Of a stretch of 64,000 bases of DNA, positions 31,162 to 43,764 are shown piece after piece. The notes beneath the pieces were generated by a model that was not told where the DNA came from, did not search any database, and saw only the letters and a program-made list of their open reading frames with translations. The position numbers and the translations under genes were made by a program. Within the stretch, counting starts at the first letter, position 1, and each line of letters begins with the position of its first letter. The stretch is from Macrostomum lignano. Taxonomy: Eukaryota. Where the stretch lies: assembly GCA_002269645.1 (NCBI GenBank), contig NIVC01002767.1, positions 78,205-142,204 on the forward strand. Reading direction: 5' to 3'.

Positions 31162-31935
31162 TTGTTGGCCCCTCGGTGAGCTGCCCGCTACCCACTGCTG
31201 CTGATCCTCCAGTGAGCTGCCCGCTACCCCCTGCTGATGATCCTTCAGTGAGCTGCCCGCTACCCCCTGCTGCTGATCCTCCAGTGAGCTGCCCGCTACC
31301 CCCTGCTGCTGATCCTTCAGTGAGCTGCCCGCTACCCCCTGCTGCTGATCCTTCAGTGAGCTGCCCGCTACCCCCTGCTGCTGATCCTCCAGTGAGCTGC
31401 CCGCTACCCCCTGCTGCTGATCCTTCAGTGAGCTGCCCGCTACCCCCTGCTGCTGATCCTTCAGTGAGCTGCCCGCTACCCCCTGCTGCTGATCCTTCAG
31501 TGAGCTGCGCGCTACCCCCTGCTGCTGATCCTTCAGTGAGCTGCCCGCTACCCCCTGCTGCTGATCCTTCAGTGAGCTGCCCGCTACCCCCTGCTGCTGA
31601 GCTGCCCGCTACCCCCTGCTGCTGAGCTGCCCGCTACCCCCTGCTGCTGAGCTGCCCGCTACCCCCTGCTGCTGATCCTTCAGTGAGCTGCCCGCTACCC
31701 CCTGCTGCTGAGCTGCCCGCTACCCCTGCTGCTGATCCTTCAGTGAGCTGCCCGCTACCCCCTGCTGCTGAGCTGCCCGCTACCCCCTGCTGCTGAGCTG
31801 CCCGCTACCCCCTGCTGCTGAGCTGCCCGCTACCCCCTGCTGCTGAGCTGCCCGCTACCCCCTGCTGCTGATCCTTCAGTGAGCTGCCTGCTACCCCCTG
31901 CTGCTGATATCCTCCAGTGAGCCCGCTCCCCCCGC
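31162..31935. repeat. 36-bp minisatellite (GTGAGCTGCCCGCTACCCCCTGCTGCTGATCCTTCA)n between the two SSB-like genes
   Basis: Tandem units with shorter variants. Confidence 0.95.
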
Positions 31936-32270
31936 TGCTGATCCTCCAGTGGTCCTCAGAAAAGAAATAGATTATAAAGCAATTATAAAACAAACGCAGT
32001 TATTCTAACTAAAAAGCCTGTGCAATGCAACAGTTATATATTAATAGATCAATATATACGAGGCCAATATAACAATATTTTTGCATGACTCCAGGCGGGT
32101 AAAGTTTGAAGAAATGCTCGCCAATATTGTTTTTCTTATAAGTAGTATTGAAGCATCTTGTTGTTCTTATTTTTATACGCGTCGAAATTTGAAACCTACG
32201 TAATCATCAGGCTTAGATTAAACACTCCCCTCCTTAGTAAAACAAAACAATTCATCGAAATGCGACCGCA

Positions 32271-33092
32271 TCAGTTGCCCTCGGCTGGCTCCGACCAGGG
32301 GTCCCGATCATCCGCGGCCCGACCGCCCGATCGACTGGAGCGGTCAGAGCCGCCGCGCCTGCCTTCGCCAGAGTCGTCGCCATCGTCCCAGCTGTCGCGA
32401 TCGCGGCGCTGCCTCCACTGCCGCTGCGGCTGGCGCTGGTCAGCAAAGGAGCCGCCAACACCCGAATTGGCGATGGGGGCGAGTCGGGTCATGCGAATCA
32501 CCGGCTCGAACTGCGGCCGGTCAGGCTGCTGCTGCTGCTGCCCATCGACGGCGTTGGTGGCTTCGTCGCCAGCCGGCCGACGAACAAACCGATTAGCCAG
32601 GTGGCCGACCACCTCGACCCGGCTGCCCGGGTACAGGTGCTGCTGCCAGTCCGGCTCGCCAGCCTCAGCGGAGCCGCCGCCTTCGAACTCGCCATCGGCC
32701 AGGCCGGCTGACCTGCCGGGGCCGGCGGTCCGCGCGATCACCAGGTGGGAGATTCGCTCCTGCCGGACCTGCGGCTGCTGGTCGCTGCCGGGCTCCGCCG
32801 GCCGGACCAGGCGCTGGTTCTGAGTTGACAGCAGGAACGAGGCCCACTGGGCGCTCAAATTCAGCACCTTGGAGACTCGGCCGACTAGACGAACTTCGTT
32901 GAAGTCCAAGGCTACTCGACGGATATTCTGCTGAGGCTGCTGGGGCGGCGAGGAGCTGTCTGCTGCGTCAGACGCGGCGACGTGGAACCGCGCAGAGGAG
33001 CTGGAGAAGGCAGCTCGCCTGAGCAGGCCGGCCAAGGGAGCGGCGAGGCGGCTGCAGCCAACCGGGAGGGTGCAGAGGCGCAGGGGTGCCAT
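32271..33092 (-). CDS. Divergent mitochondrial SSB-like OB-fold protein, paralog 1; single exon, 273 aa
   Basis: Arg/Leu/Ala/Ser-rich presequence-like N-terminus; LDFNEVRLVGRVSK..WASFLLSTQ..ISHLVI..QHLYPGSRVEVVGHLANR..EPVIRMTRL follows the SSB OB-fold pattern; long Asp/Arg/Gly-rich tail. Confidence 0.72.
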   Translation of the reverse strand: MAPLRLCTLPVGCSRLAAPLAGLLRRAAFSSSSARFHVAASDAADSSSPPQQPQQNIRRVALDFNEVRLVGRVSKVLNLSAQWASFLLSTQNQRLVRPAEPGSDQQPQVRQERISHLVIARTAGPGRSAGLADGEFEGGGSAEAGEPDWQQHLYPGSRVEVVGHLANRFVRRPAGDEATNAVDGQQQQQPDRPQFEPVIRMTRLAPIANSGVGGSFADQRQPQRQWRQRRDRDSWDDGDDSGEGRRGGSDRSSRSGGRAADDRDPWSEPAEGN

Positions 33093-33394
33093 GAGATTGG
33101 ATTGGGCAGTGAAAGGCTCAGGAGCTCATTGTGGCGGCAGCAACCAATTTTTTTGCACCTATATTTTAACTTACTGTGTTGCACTATATCAAACTTATTT
33201 TAAAAAGAGAGAAGAACAGAGTGAACGGGCATCGGCCTAATTGGCTAATTTTGTTAAAAATGGTTCTATAAGAGAACGCATGTTTCACCAAAAATTAGAT
33301 AGTTGCTAATTAGATAGGTTTACATACAACTTTAGAAGTGGTAGTAGTTCGTCACATAGGATTTTCAAAAAATATTTTATTATTTGAGTCTCTT

Positions 33395-33460
33395 TGGTAG
33401 TAGTAGTACTAGTAGTAGTAATATTAGCAGTAGTAGTAGTAGTATAAGTAATAGTAGTAG
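33395..33460. repeat. (TAG)n microsatellite, degenerate
   Basis: Seen directly. Confidence 0.75.
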
Positions 33461-34069
33461 TACAAGCCTTATTAGTTATGAATTTGTAAGCTAAAAATCT
33501 AAACTCAAGAAACGCCATCCTAACATACGTAGCACTATATATTTTAAGCCGCCACTAGAGAAATCCATAGAGTTACTCGTAACTGGAAAACTGAATTGAA
33601 ATTAAAAATGATGAAAAATCAAACAACACAAGTGTTAAGTTAGCGAGAGTTCAGCTTGTACTTTCAACGCTTTTTTTGGCTGTCAACATCAATATGTACC
33701 AGACACCAGCGGGAACTTACAATCAGCAACTTTATACAAAAATATTGAACAGAAAGAGGGCGGGAGAAGCATTAAAAATTAACCAACGTAAGATCTGCGT
33801 AGCTTTAGGAAACGCCTAGAGGGATGCAAAAAAACCAAGCGAAGAAAAAAATTGGGAAGAATTAAAAGGCTCGAGAATATTCCAAGAAATGTTCCTTAAT
33901 CCTACCAACTGTTTTACTGCCAACTAATTTAAAGTCAAGCAATAAAGATATGCATTACAAAGGTTTAAAGTTACTTGTAAATGAATGAAGGCACAGTGCA
34001 TATCGTAGACTCGGAATTCCAGCGGGGTTTAGGGGAATCCCTGATTTCTAGGGAAACCTAAATTTTGAT

Positions 34070-34680
34070 GGGAATTCCGAGTTAAAGGGGAATCCCTACT
34101 GTCAATGATAATTCCGAGTTAAGGGGAACCCCTAGTGTCGATGGGAATTCCGAGTTAAGGGAAATCCCTAGTGTCGATGGGAATTCCGAGTTAAGGGGAA
34201 TCCCTAGTGTCGATGGGAATTCCGAGTTAAGGGAAATTCCCTAGTGTCAATGGGAATTCCGAGTTAAGGGGAATCCCTAGTGTCAATGGGAATTCCGAGT
34301 TAAGGGGAATCCCTAGAGTCAATAGAATTCCGAGTTAAGGGAATCCCTAGTGTCGATGGGAATTCCGAGTTAAAGGGAAATCCCTAGTGTCGATGGGAAT
34401 TCCGAGTTAAGGGAAATCCCTAGTGTCAATGGGAATTCCGAGTTAAGGGGAATCCCTAGTGTCGATAGAATTCCGAGTTAAGGGAATCCCTAGTGTCAAT
34501 GGGAATTCCGAGTTAAGGGGAATCCCTAGTGTCGATAGAATTCCGAGTTAAGGGAATCCCTAGTGTCGATGGGAATTCCGAGTTAAGGGAATCCCTAGTG
34601 TCGATGGAAATTCCGAGTTAAAGGGAATCCCTAGTGTCGATGGGAATTCCGAGTTCAAGGGCATCCTCAGTGTCGATGGG
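34070..34680. repeat. ~36-bp minisatellite (GGGAATTCCGAGTTAAGGGGAATCCCTAGTGTCGAT)n
   Basis: Tandem units in the MFSD14-SSB spacer. Confidence 0.92.
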
Positions 34681-35437
34681 AATCCGAAATGCTTTAAGTA
34701 GGAATTGTCACAAAGTCCCAATTTGCACGGCGGCGTCTTCGTTCGCGGATAAATAACAGACTATCAATACAGACAGGTGTAATGATAATTAAGTTGCGCA
34801 GTCGATATAATTTTTTGTTTCAATTGGGTGCCCGTGCAAGGCAGCCAGAGAGGAAGCAATTAGAGTTCGGAAACGGCAGCAAGCTGGCAGTTTTGCAGTA
34901 GACGGGCTTTCACAAGAAACTCAAACAAATCAAACGCAGTAAAGAATGCCTGTGCCAAAAAGAACATGAAAATCAACGAGAATAATTTCAATATTTAATA
35001 AATCCTCAATTGCAAAGCAAATATAAGCCAAAATGAATGAAGACAGTCCTACCTACACAGATAAAATGTACAAACAAATGAATTAATTAACCCGGAAACC
35101 AAAAATACCGCGGACCAAAACGTGAATGATATAAAAATTATACACGTATGCAGAATGATGATGATGAGGCTGGAATGCTGGGGCGGAGAAGCACGCAGCG
35201 GTTAATTTTTTATGCACTGTTTTGAAGCATCTTCGTAGTGAGCGGAAAATAACATCTGTTCTGAACTTACAAGCGCAGTTGATAATTCTTTCAAATAAGC
35301 GGAAAGAGCTCTGTTTAAAATTCAAATCCTTTCGAACTGAGGTCGAACTTGGCTTACAAAATTGAATCAAAGCAACGGTTAAGCAAAGAGAAATAGCCGG
35401 TTTGACATAAAAAACTTCAAATCAAACTGAATCCTGT

Positions 35438-37736
35438 TCAACTGCTCGAAGAGGCCCCGGCGCCAGCGGATGACGAGCCCGCGGTGGCTGCCGAAGTCGC
35501 CGAGGTCGCCGCCTGCTGCTCGGGATCGTCATCGTCAGTGGCTGAAAATTTTTTAATATTGGATTTTCAGGGCACTGAAGAGAGGGTGTCAGATACTGTG
35601 AATAGGGTGTCAGATACTGTGAATAGGGTGTCAGAGACTGTGAATAGGGTGTCAGATACTGTGAATAGGGTGTCAGATACTGTGAATAGGGTGTCAGATA
35701 CTGTGAATAGGGTGTCAGATATTGTGAATAGGGTGTCAGATATTGTGAATAGGGTGTCAGATACTGTGAATAGGATGTCAGATACTGTGAATAGGGTGTC
35801 AGATACTGTGAATAGGGTGTCAGATACTGTGAATAGGGTGTCAGATACTGTGAATAGGGTGTCAGATACTGTGAATAGGGTGTCAGATACTGTGAATAGG
35901 GTGTCAGATACTGTGAATAGGATGTCAGAGACTGTGAATAGGGTGTCAGAGACTGTGAATAGGGTGTCAGATACTGTGAATAGGGTGTCAGATACTGTGA
36001 ATAGGGTGTCAGATACTGTGAATAGGGTGTCAGATGCTGTGAATAGGGTGTCAGATGCTGTGAATAGGGAGTCAGATACTGTGAATAGGGTGTCAGATAT
36101 TGTGAATAGGGTGTCAGATACTATGAATAGGATGTCAGATACTGTGAATAGGGTGTCAGATACTGTGAATAGGGTGTCAGATACTGTGAATAGGGTGTCA
36201 GATACTGTGAATAGGGTGTCAGATATTGTGAATAGGGTGTCAGATACTATGAATAGGATGTCAGATACTGTGAATAGGATGTCAGATACTTTGAATAGGG
36301 TGTCAGATACTATGAATAGGATGTCAGATATTGTGAATAGGATGTCAGATACTGTAAATAGGGTGTCAGATACTGTGAATAGTGTGTCAGATACTGTGAA
36401 TAGTGTGTCAGATACTGTGAATAGTGTGTCAGATACTGTGAATAGGGTGTCAGATACTGTGAATATGGTGTCAGATACTGTGAAAAGGGTGTCAGATACT
36501 GTGAATAGGGTGTCAGATACTGTGAATATGGTGTCAGATACTGTGAATAGGGTGTCAGATGCTGTGAATAGGATGTCAGATACTGTGAATAGGGTGTCAG
36601 ATACTGTGAATATGGTGTCAGATACTGTGAATAGGATGTCAGATGCTGTGAATAGGGTGTCAGATGCTGTGAATAGGGAGTCAGATACTGTGAATAGGGT
36701 GTCAGATATTGTGAATAGGGTGTCAGATACTATGAATAGGATGTCAGATACTGTGAATAGGGTGTCAGATACTGTGAATAGGGTGTCAGATACTGTGAAT
36801 AGGGTGTCAGATACTGTGAATAGGGTGTCAGATATTGTGAATAGGGTGTCAGATACTATGAATAGGATGTCAGATACTGTGAATAGGGTGTCAGATACTA
36901 CGAATAGGGTGTCAGATATAGAGAATTGGGTGTCAGATGCAGAGAATCGGGGGTCAGGCACTCACCCAATCTGTGATAGTTAATAACTAAGCTGGGCGTC
37001 CGCCTGTGCCCGTCGCCCGGCTTGACGCTGATGTTGATGCTGGAGTGCGGGTTGTCGGGGATCAGCACGGACACCAGGATGGCCAGCAGCACCAGCACGG
37101 CTCCGAAAGCGAACGGCGGGCCTGGCATGATGGCCTTGTTGAAGTTGTGCATTCGCTGCTGCCAGCTCAGGGCGGTGACGCCTGCCGATGCGACCTGGAA
37201 GTTTATGGCAGATAAAATCCTTTTCGTTTAATATGGGCTGCCCAACAGCAAATCAAAACAGTCTCTCTACTGATTTAACCTATTGGGATTTGGAAAATTA
37301 TTGGATATTTAAACCTCTGTAGAATTCGATGCTAGATAGTCTGGGAGGCATGGATTAAGTAACAGATAGACAGACAGACACTATGACGCAAGAAGGGCAG
37401 ACACTAAAACGCAAGAGAAACGATGCTAAGACTGACAGATGGACAGACAGACATACAGACAAACAGACAGACAGAAACAGGCAGACAGAAACAGACAGAC
37501 AGAAAGACAGACAGACAGAAACAGGCAGACAGACAGAAACAGGCAGACAGACAGACAGACAGAAACAGACAGACAGACAGAAACAGACAGTCAGACAGAC
37601 AGACAGACAGACAGACAGAAACAGGCAGACAGACAGAAACAGGCAGACAGACAGAAACAGACAGACAGACAGAAACAGACAGACAGACAGAAACAGACAG
37701 ACAGACAGACAGACAGACAGAAACAGACAGACAGAA

Positions 37737-37767
<31 letters not shown>

Positions 37768-40700
37768 GGCAGGCAGGCAGGCAGACAGAGAAAAAGACAG
37801 CAGAGAAGGACACTAGAAAGTCTAGAAGGACACAAGCAGACACAAGGCAGACGCAAGTCAGACACCCCTAAAAGAAGCAGACCAACCGTAGCAGCTGCAG
37901 TCCGATTGGCGGCGCCAGCCAGGCCGGGAATGAGCGGCGAGGAGGCCATTTTAGGCGCGTCATTTAAGTCCACCTCGAACACGTAGAAGATGAAGCCGAA
38001 CAGGGCCGGGCCGAGGCCGTTGCACAGGCCGCGGATGCCGGTCAGGATGCCCTGGGCGACGCCCTGCTGGTCCTGCTCGGCGTGGTTGGACACGAAGGCG
38101 GAGATGGCCGGGTAGGTGATGCTGCCCAGAGCGGCCAGGCAGCCGGCCAGCCAGAGCAGGAAAGTCTTAGAGGAGAATCCGTAGATGCCCATCTGCAGCA
38201 TGTGGAACACCAGGCCAATCATGATTGTCCGCTTCGGGCCGCAGTGCTTGATTAAAAAGCTCAGGCCGGCTGTCTGGGCAATGCAGGACAGAATGCCCAC
38301 AACGCAGATGAAATACGCCACGCCCTCCTCTGAGAAGCCCATGATGAGGCGAAGGTAGACAAAGAAGCAGGTGTACTCGCCGGCCTCGGGCAGGTAGCTC
38401 AGAAAGGTGGTGATGCACAGCATCAGAATGAGCTGGTCGGCGCCCATCTTGCGCAGCGAGGAGAACGGATCGGCCTTGGCCCAGCTGATCTGCGAGCCCC
38501 AGGCAACGCAGCGGTTCTTCTCTGATAGGGACTCTGGCACCACCTGCGGGCGGGGGTTCGATTCCGGCTTTTATTGTCTGACTTTATAGCCTCTTTAAGC
38601 ATCTGTTTACTATAGGATTGCAGCCTGTTTATGCATCTGTTTACTATGAGGTTGCAGCTTGTTTATGCATCTGTTTACTATGAGATTCCAGCCTGTCGAT
38701 GCATCTGTTTACAGTGGGATTGCAGCCTGTTTAAGCATCTGTTTACTATGAGATTCCAGCCTGTTTATGCATCTGTTTACTATGAGATTCCAGCCTGTTT
38801 ATGCATCTGTTTACTATGAGATTCCAGCTTGTTGATGCATCTGTTTACAGTGGGATTGCACCCTGTTTAAGCATCTGTTTACTATGAGATTCCAGCCTGT
38901 TTCAAAGCTGAGTAAAAATCCCAAAGCTCAAGAATTGCAGCCCGCAGTCTCACTGTCAGTATAAAGAAGATGTCCAGCAGAGCCACAAACGTGGCCAGAG
39001 CCACTACAAAGTTGTCGCTATACAATTTGCCCAGGTGGGCGCCAATTGCCGGAGAAGTGATGAGGCTGGCAGCGAAGCTGGCCGAGACGAGGCCGTAGGC
39101 CCAGCTGCGGTCCTCCTCGGTGGTCACGTCCGACACGTAGGCGAACACAACGGAGAAGGTGACGGAGAAGATGCCGGACACGGTGATCAAAGTGAAGTAC
39201 CACCAGTGTGACACGTGCATAAAGGGGATTGGGGAACAGGTGAAAAACACCGTCACCAATAGAAAAGTTTTGCGGCCGAACACGTCTGACAGAGCGCCGA
39301 CCAGGGGAGCGGCCAGGAAGGAGAGGAAGCCCTGCAATGAGTTTAAGTTTCGCAGTACATACGCTATTGAACTACTACTTGTTATTCAGTAGCAATCAAT
39401 TGTGAAGCAATCAGTTGGAGTATCAATTTTGCTGAGACTTTACAAGCTCGAAGCTTCACAAGCTCGAAGCTTCACAAGCTCGAAGCTTCACAAGCTCGAA
39501 GCTTCACAAGCTCGAAGCTTCACAAGCTCGAAGCTTCACAAGCTCGAAGCTTCACAAGCTCGAAGCTTCACAAGCTCGAAGCTTCACAAGCTCGAAGCTT
39601 CACAAGCTCGAAGCTTCACAAGCTCGAAGCTTCACAAGCTCGAAGCTTCACAAGCTCGAAGCTTCACAAGCTCGAAGCTTCACAAGCTCGAAGCTTCACA
39701 AGCTCGAAGCTTCACAAGCTCGAAGCTTCACAAGCTCGAAGCTTCACAAGCTCGAAGCTTCACAAGCTCGAAGCTTCACAAGCTCGAAGCTTCACAAGCT
39801 CGAAGCTTCACAAGCTCGAAGCTTCACAAGCTCGAAGCTTCACAAGCTCGAAGCTTCACAAGCTCGAAGCTTCACAAGCTCGAAGCTTCACAAGCTCGAA
39901 GCTTCACAAGCTCGAAGCTTCACAAGCTCGAAGCTTCACAAGCTCGAAGCTTCACAAGCTCGAAGCTTCACAAGCTCGAAGCTTCACAAGCTCGAAGCTT
40001 CACAAGCTCGAAGCTTCACAAGCTCGAAGCTTCACAAGCTCGAAGCTTCACAAGCTCGAAGCTTCACAAGCTCGAAGCTTCACAAGCTCGAAGCTTCACA
40101 AGCTCGAAGCTTCACAAGCTCGAAGCTTCACAAGCTCGAAGCTTCACAAGCTCGAAGCTTCACAAGCTCGAAGCTTCACAAGCTCGAAGCTTCACAAGCT
40201 CGAAGCTTCACAAGCTCGAAGCTTCACAAGCTCGAAGCTTCACAAGCTCGAAGCTTCACAAGCTCGAAGCTTCACAAGCTCGAAGCTTCACAAGCTCGAA
40301 GCTTCACAAGCTCGAAGCTTCACAAGCTCGAAGCTTCACAAGCTCGAAGCTTCACAAGCTCGAAGCTTCACAAGCTCGAAGCTTCACAAGCTCGAAGCTT
40401 CACAAGCTCGAAGCTTCACAAGCTCGAAGCTTCACAAGCTCGAAGCTTCACAAGCTCGAAGCTTCACAAGCTCGAAGCTTCACAAGCTCGAAGCTTCACA
40501 AGCTCGAATCTAAACTTCAAAAGCCCCAAACTTCAAAAGCTACTCACCTTCACGCCTTGAATAAGGCCGTTCATAAGGAATTTATGCGCCGGAAACGTCT
40601 CCTCGAGCACGTTGATCATGGGATTAGTGAGCAGGCCCCAGGCGAAGAATTCTAGGAATATCACGATTAGAGCGTGATAAACTGACGGCTTCTGAAAGAA

Positions 40701-42490
40701 TGACGCCTGCGGATTGGAGAAAGAGGCCGTTTTGATAGTGAATTGGCCGCGCGCTCGTTTAAACAAGTAAATTATGCAAAAAAATCAACGCAGATTTTTG
40801 CCGTCTAAAAGCTGAACAATTCATAATTCTACAGATTATAAAGAAAAACAGATAGCATATGAGCCAGTTTGCTGATTGAGGCAATGATTTCCAACACTAG
40901 GTTCATGCTTAATTTAGGCCAACCGGATAAATACGACCGTAATTAATAAATATTCAAACTACTAATAAAATATTGATCCCATGCTACTCCCCCCAGTCTG
41001 ATCCCATGCTACTCCCCCAGTCTGATCCCATGCTACTCCCCCAGTCTGATCCCATGCTACTCCCCCAGTCTGATCCCATGCTACTCCCCCAGTCTGATCC
41101 CATGCTACTCCCCACCCCAGTCTGATCCAGTCATGCTACTCCACTCACTATGATCCCAAAATACACCCCAGTCTGATCCCATGCTACTCCCCACCCCAGT
41201 CTGATCCAGTCATGCTACTCCACTCACTATGATCCCAAAATACACCCCAGTCTGATCCCATGCTACTCCCCCAGTCTGATCCCATGCTACTCCCCACCCA
41301 GTCTGATCCCATGCTACTCCCCCAGTCTGATCCCATGCTACTCCCCACCCAGTCTGATCCCATGCTACTCCCCACCCAGTCTGATCCCATGCTACTCCCC
41401 ACCCAGTCTGATCCCATGCTACTCCCCACCCAGTCTGATCCCATGCTACTCCCCACCCGTCTGATCCCATGCTACTCCCCACCCAGTCTGATCCCATGCT
41501 ACTCCCCACCCAGTCTGATCCCATGCTACTCCCCACCCAGACTGATACCATGCTACTCCCCCAGTCTGATCCCATGCTACTCCCCACCCAGTCTGATCCC
41601 ATGCTACTCCCCACCCAGACTGATACCATGCTACTCCCCCAGTCTGATCCCATGCTACTCCCCCAGTCTGATCCCATGCTACTCCCCCAGTCTGATCCCA
41701 TGCTACTCCCCCAGTCTGATCCCATGCTACTCCCCCAGTCTGATCCCATGCTACTCCCCACCCCAGTCTGATCCAGTCATGCTACTCCACTCACTATGAT
41801 CCCAAAATACACCCCAGTCTGATCCCATGCTACTCCCCACCCAGTCTGATCCCATGCTACTCCCCACCCAGTCTGATCCCATGCTACTCCCCACCCAGAC
41901 TGATACCATGCTACTCCCCACCCAGTCTGATCCCATGCTACTCCCCACCCAGTCTGATCCCATGCTACTCCCCACCCAGTCTGATCCCATGCTACTCCCC
42001 ACCCAGACTGATACCATGCTACTCCCCCAGTCTGATCCCATGCTACTCCCCACCCCAGTCTGATCCAGTCATGCTACTCCACTCACTATGATCCCAAAAT
42101 ACACCCCAGTCGGATCCCATGCTATTCCACTCACTATGACCTCAAATTACATTTATTACATTTAAAACATAAAGTGCAAGTAAAAGCGCATATTGAAATC
42201 AGCAATTAATTATTACACTGCTGACTAGCTGTATTAGCACTATTAGTAGTATGACTGGAATATAACAATTTTAAGGCACTTAAATATCAGCTTACCGATG
42301 AGCACTGTAGGTTAATATCATAAATATAGAGAAGGGAAATTATTAGCATAAAATACGCGAAAAGCTGGACGCTGCGGCAGGAATACGCACACACGGGACA
42401 TCAGCGAGTACTTACATCTGAGCGCTTAGTCCAGTCTAGAAAGGCCATGGGATTATACTTCTTCTTGTGCTTGGCCCGGTATAGATGCAT
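35438..42490 (-). CDS. MFSD14A: MFS transporter MFSD14/HIAT1 family, 6 exons, ~533 aa
   Basis: Exons 42490-42416, 40706-40548, 39331-38954, 38543-37887, 37194-36966, 35541-35438 are phase-consistent. PSVYHALIVIFLEFFAWGLLT, FLMNGLIQGVKGFLSFLAAPLVGALSDVFGRK, FLSYLPEAGEYTCFFVYL, QQGVAQGILTGIRGLCNGLGPALFG and IMPGPPFAFGA are diagnostic. A versus B paralog assignment not possible. Confidence 0.95.
35585..36945. repeat. 21-bp minisatellite (GTGTCAGATACTGTGAATAGG)n in MFSD14 intron 5
   Basis: About 65 units; source of the 499/464-aa periodic ORFs. Confidence 0.97.
37435..37790. repeat. (GACA)n microsatellite in MFSD14 intron 4
   Basis: Seen directly. Confidence 0.95.
38600..38900. repeat. ~36-bp repeat (GCATCTGTTTACTATGAGATTCCAGCCTGTTTAT) in MFSD14 intron 3
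   Basis: About 8 units. Confidence 0.88.
39442..40507. repeat. Homogeneous 16-bp minisatellite (CAAGCTCGAAGCTTCA)n in MFSD14 intron 2
   Basis: About 66 units with no variant seen; source of the 417-aa ORF. Confidence 0.98.
40977..42120. repeat. 23-27-bp minisatellite (CAGTCTGATCCCATGCTACTCCCC..) with higher-order structure in MFSD14 intron 1
   Basis: Tandem units interrupted by a longer variant (..CACTCACTATGATCCCAAAATACACC..) four times. Confidence 0.95.
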
Positions 42491-42659
42491 AATATGCCTG
42501 ACTGCGGCTGTTAGCAATATGCCAGTTAATTATTGCTAACCATGCGGCTGCAATGCGATTGATTGGGCTCAGTTATAAGGCTTGGATTGTTCAGTTACAC
42601 TGAACTATTTATTGAACATGGAACATAGTTTCATGATCCCATTCTAGGCCAATGGAGTA

Positions 42660-43115
42660 AGGTAGCGGTCCAATCAGGACACAGGAATATGGAGTGAGGT
42701 GGTAGCGGTCCAATCAGGACACAGGAATATGGAGTGAGGTGGTAGCGGTCCAATCAGGACACAGGAATATGGAGTGAGTTGGTAGCGGTCCAATCAGGAC
42801 ACAGGAATATGGAGTGAGTTGGTAGCGGTCCAATCAGGACACACGAATATGGAGTGAGGTGGTAGCGGTCCAATCAGGACACACGAATATGGAGTGAGGT
42901 GGTAGCGGTCCAATCAGGACACAGGAATATGGAGAGAGGTGGTAGCGGTCCAATCAGGACACAGGAATATGGATTGAGGCGGTAGCGGTCCAATCAGACA
43001 CAGAAATTAGGGGTGAGATGTTAGCGGTCCAATCAGGACACAGGAATATGGAGTGAGGTGGTGGGTGGCCCAATCAGGACACAGGAATATGGAGTGAGGT
43101 GGTGGGTGGCCCAAT
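42660..43115. repeat. 40-bp minisatellite, each unit carrying CCAATCAG
   Basis: GTAGCGGTCCAATCAGGACACAGGAATATGGAGTGAGGTG, about 11 units, just upstream of MFSD14 exon 1. Confidence 0.93.
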
Positions 43116-43764
43116 CAGGGGACAGACTGCACGGGTGTATTAAAAAGTCTATAAGAGACAATAAGAGTTGACTAGGTCATACTAAAAAATCTACAGCCAG
43201 ACTTCCAATCTAGATAATTATTATGCCTACTAAAAGTACACAGAGAAGTGCCACATTATTCGAGGCAATACGAATGAATCACAGGAAGCCAGCACACAAA
43301 AATAAAGCCCACAGATACATATCTTTGCATCTGTATGATATATTTTTTGTTTTAAACAACATTGCATTTGATCGAAACTCTTGGAAAAATTTAAGCATCA
43401 GTTTTTCAGTTAAAATCTTACATACAGCCATAAATTAGGCGCACAATTTAAACTCAACTACAAAACAGGATTAAAACAGCTCTACGAGTATTAATATTGT
43501 ACATCAAATCAAGCATGACGAATGAGATTATGAAAATACGAAAAACACAGCACTGGGGTGTTATTAAGCATACTGAACTGGCAATAGCCAACACTGTGGC
43601 CAGAAAGCTGGGTAAAAACTACGGGGCGAAAAAAGCATTGCACAAACAGAAAAACCCATTTATTCAATAGCAGCTGATGGCGATGAAGTATCATATTGCT
43701 TTTTACTGCAATAAAAGTTAATTGCTATTTTTAGGAATTTTTTGTTGATATCATTGGCTGGCCA

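Noticed and set aside
35484-36983. 499/464-aa ORFs (VSDTVNR / TLFTVSD)
   Set aside because: Translations of the 21-bp array in MFSD14 intron 5.
39402-40655. 417-aa ORF (KLHKLEASQARSFTSS)n
   Set aside because: Translation of the 16-bp array, antisense within MFSD14 intron 2.
40707-40766. MFSD14 as another ATG-less gene
   Set aside because: A proper ATG-containing first exon exists at 42490-42416 with a GTAAGT donor in matching phase.
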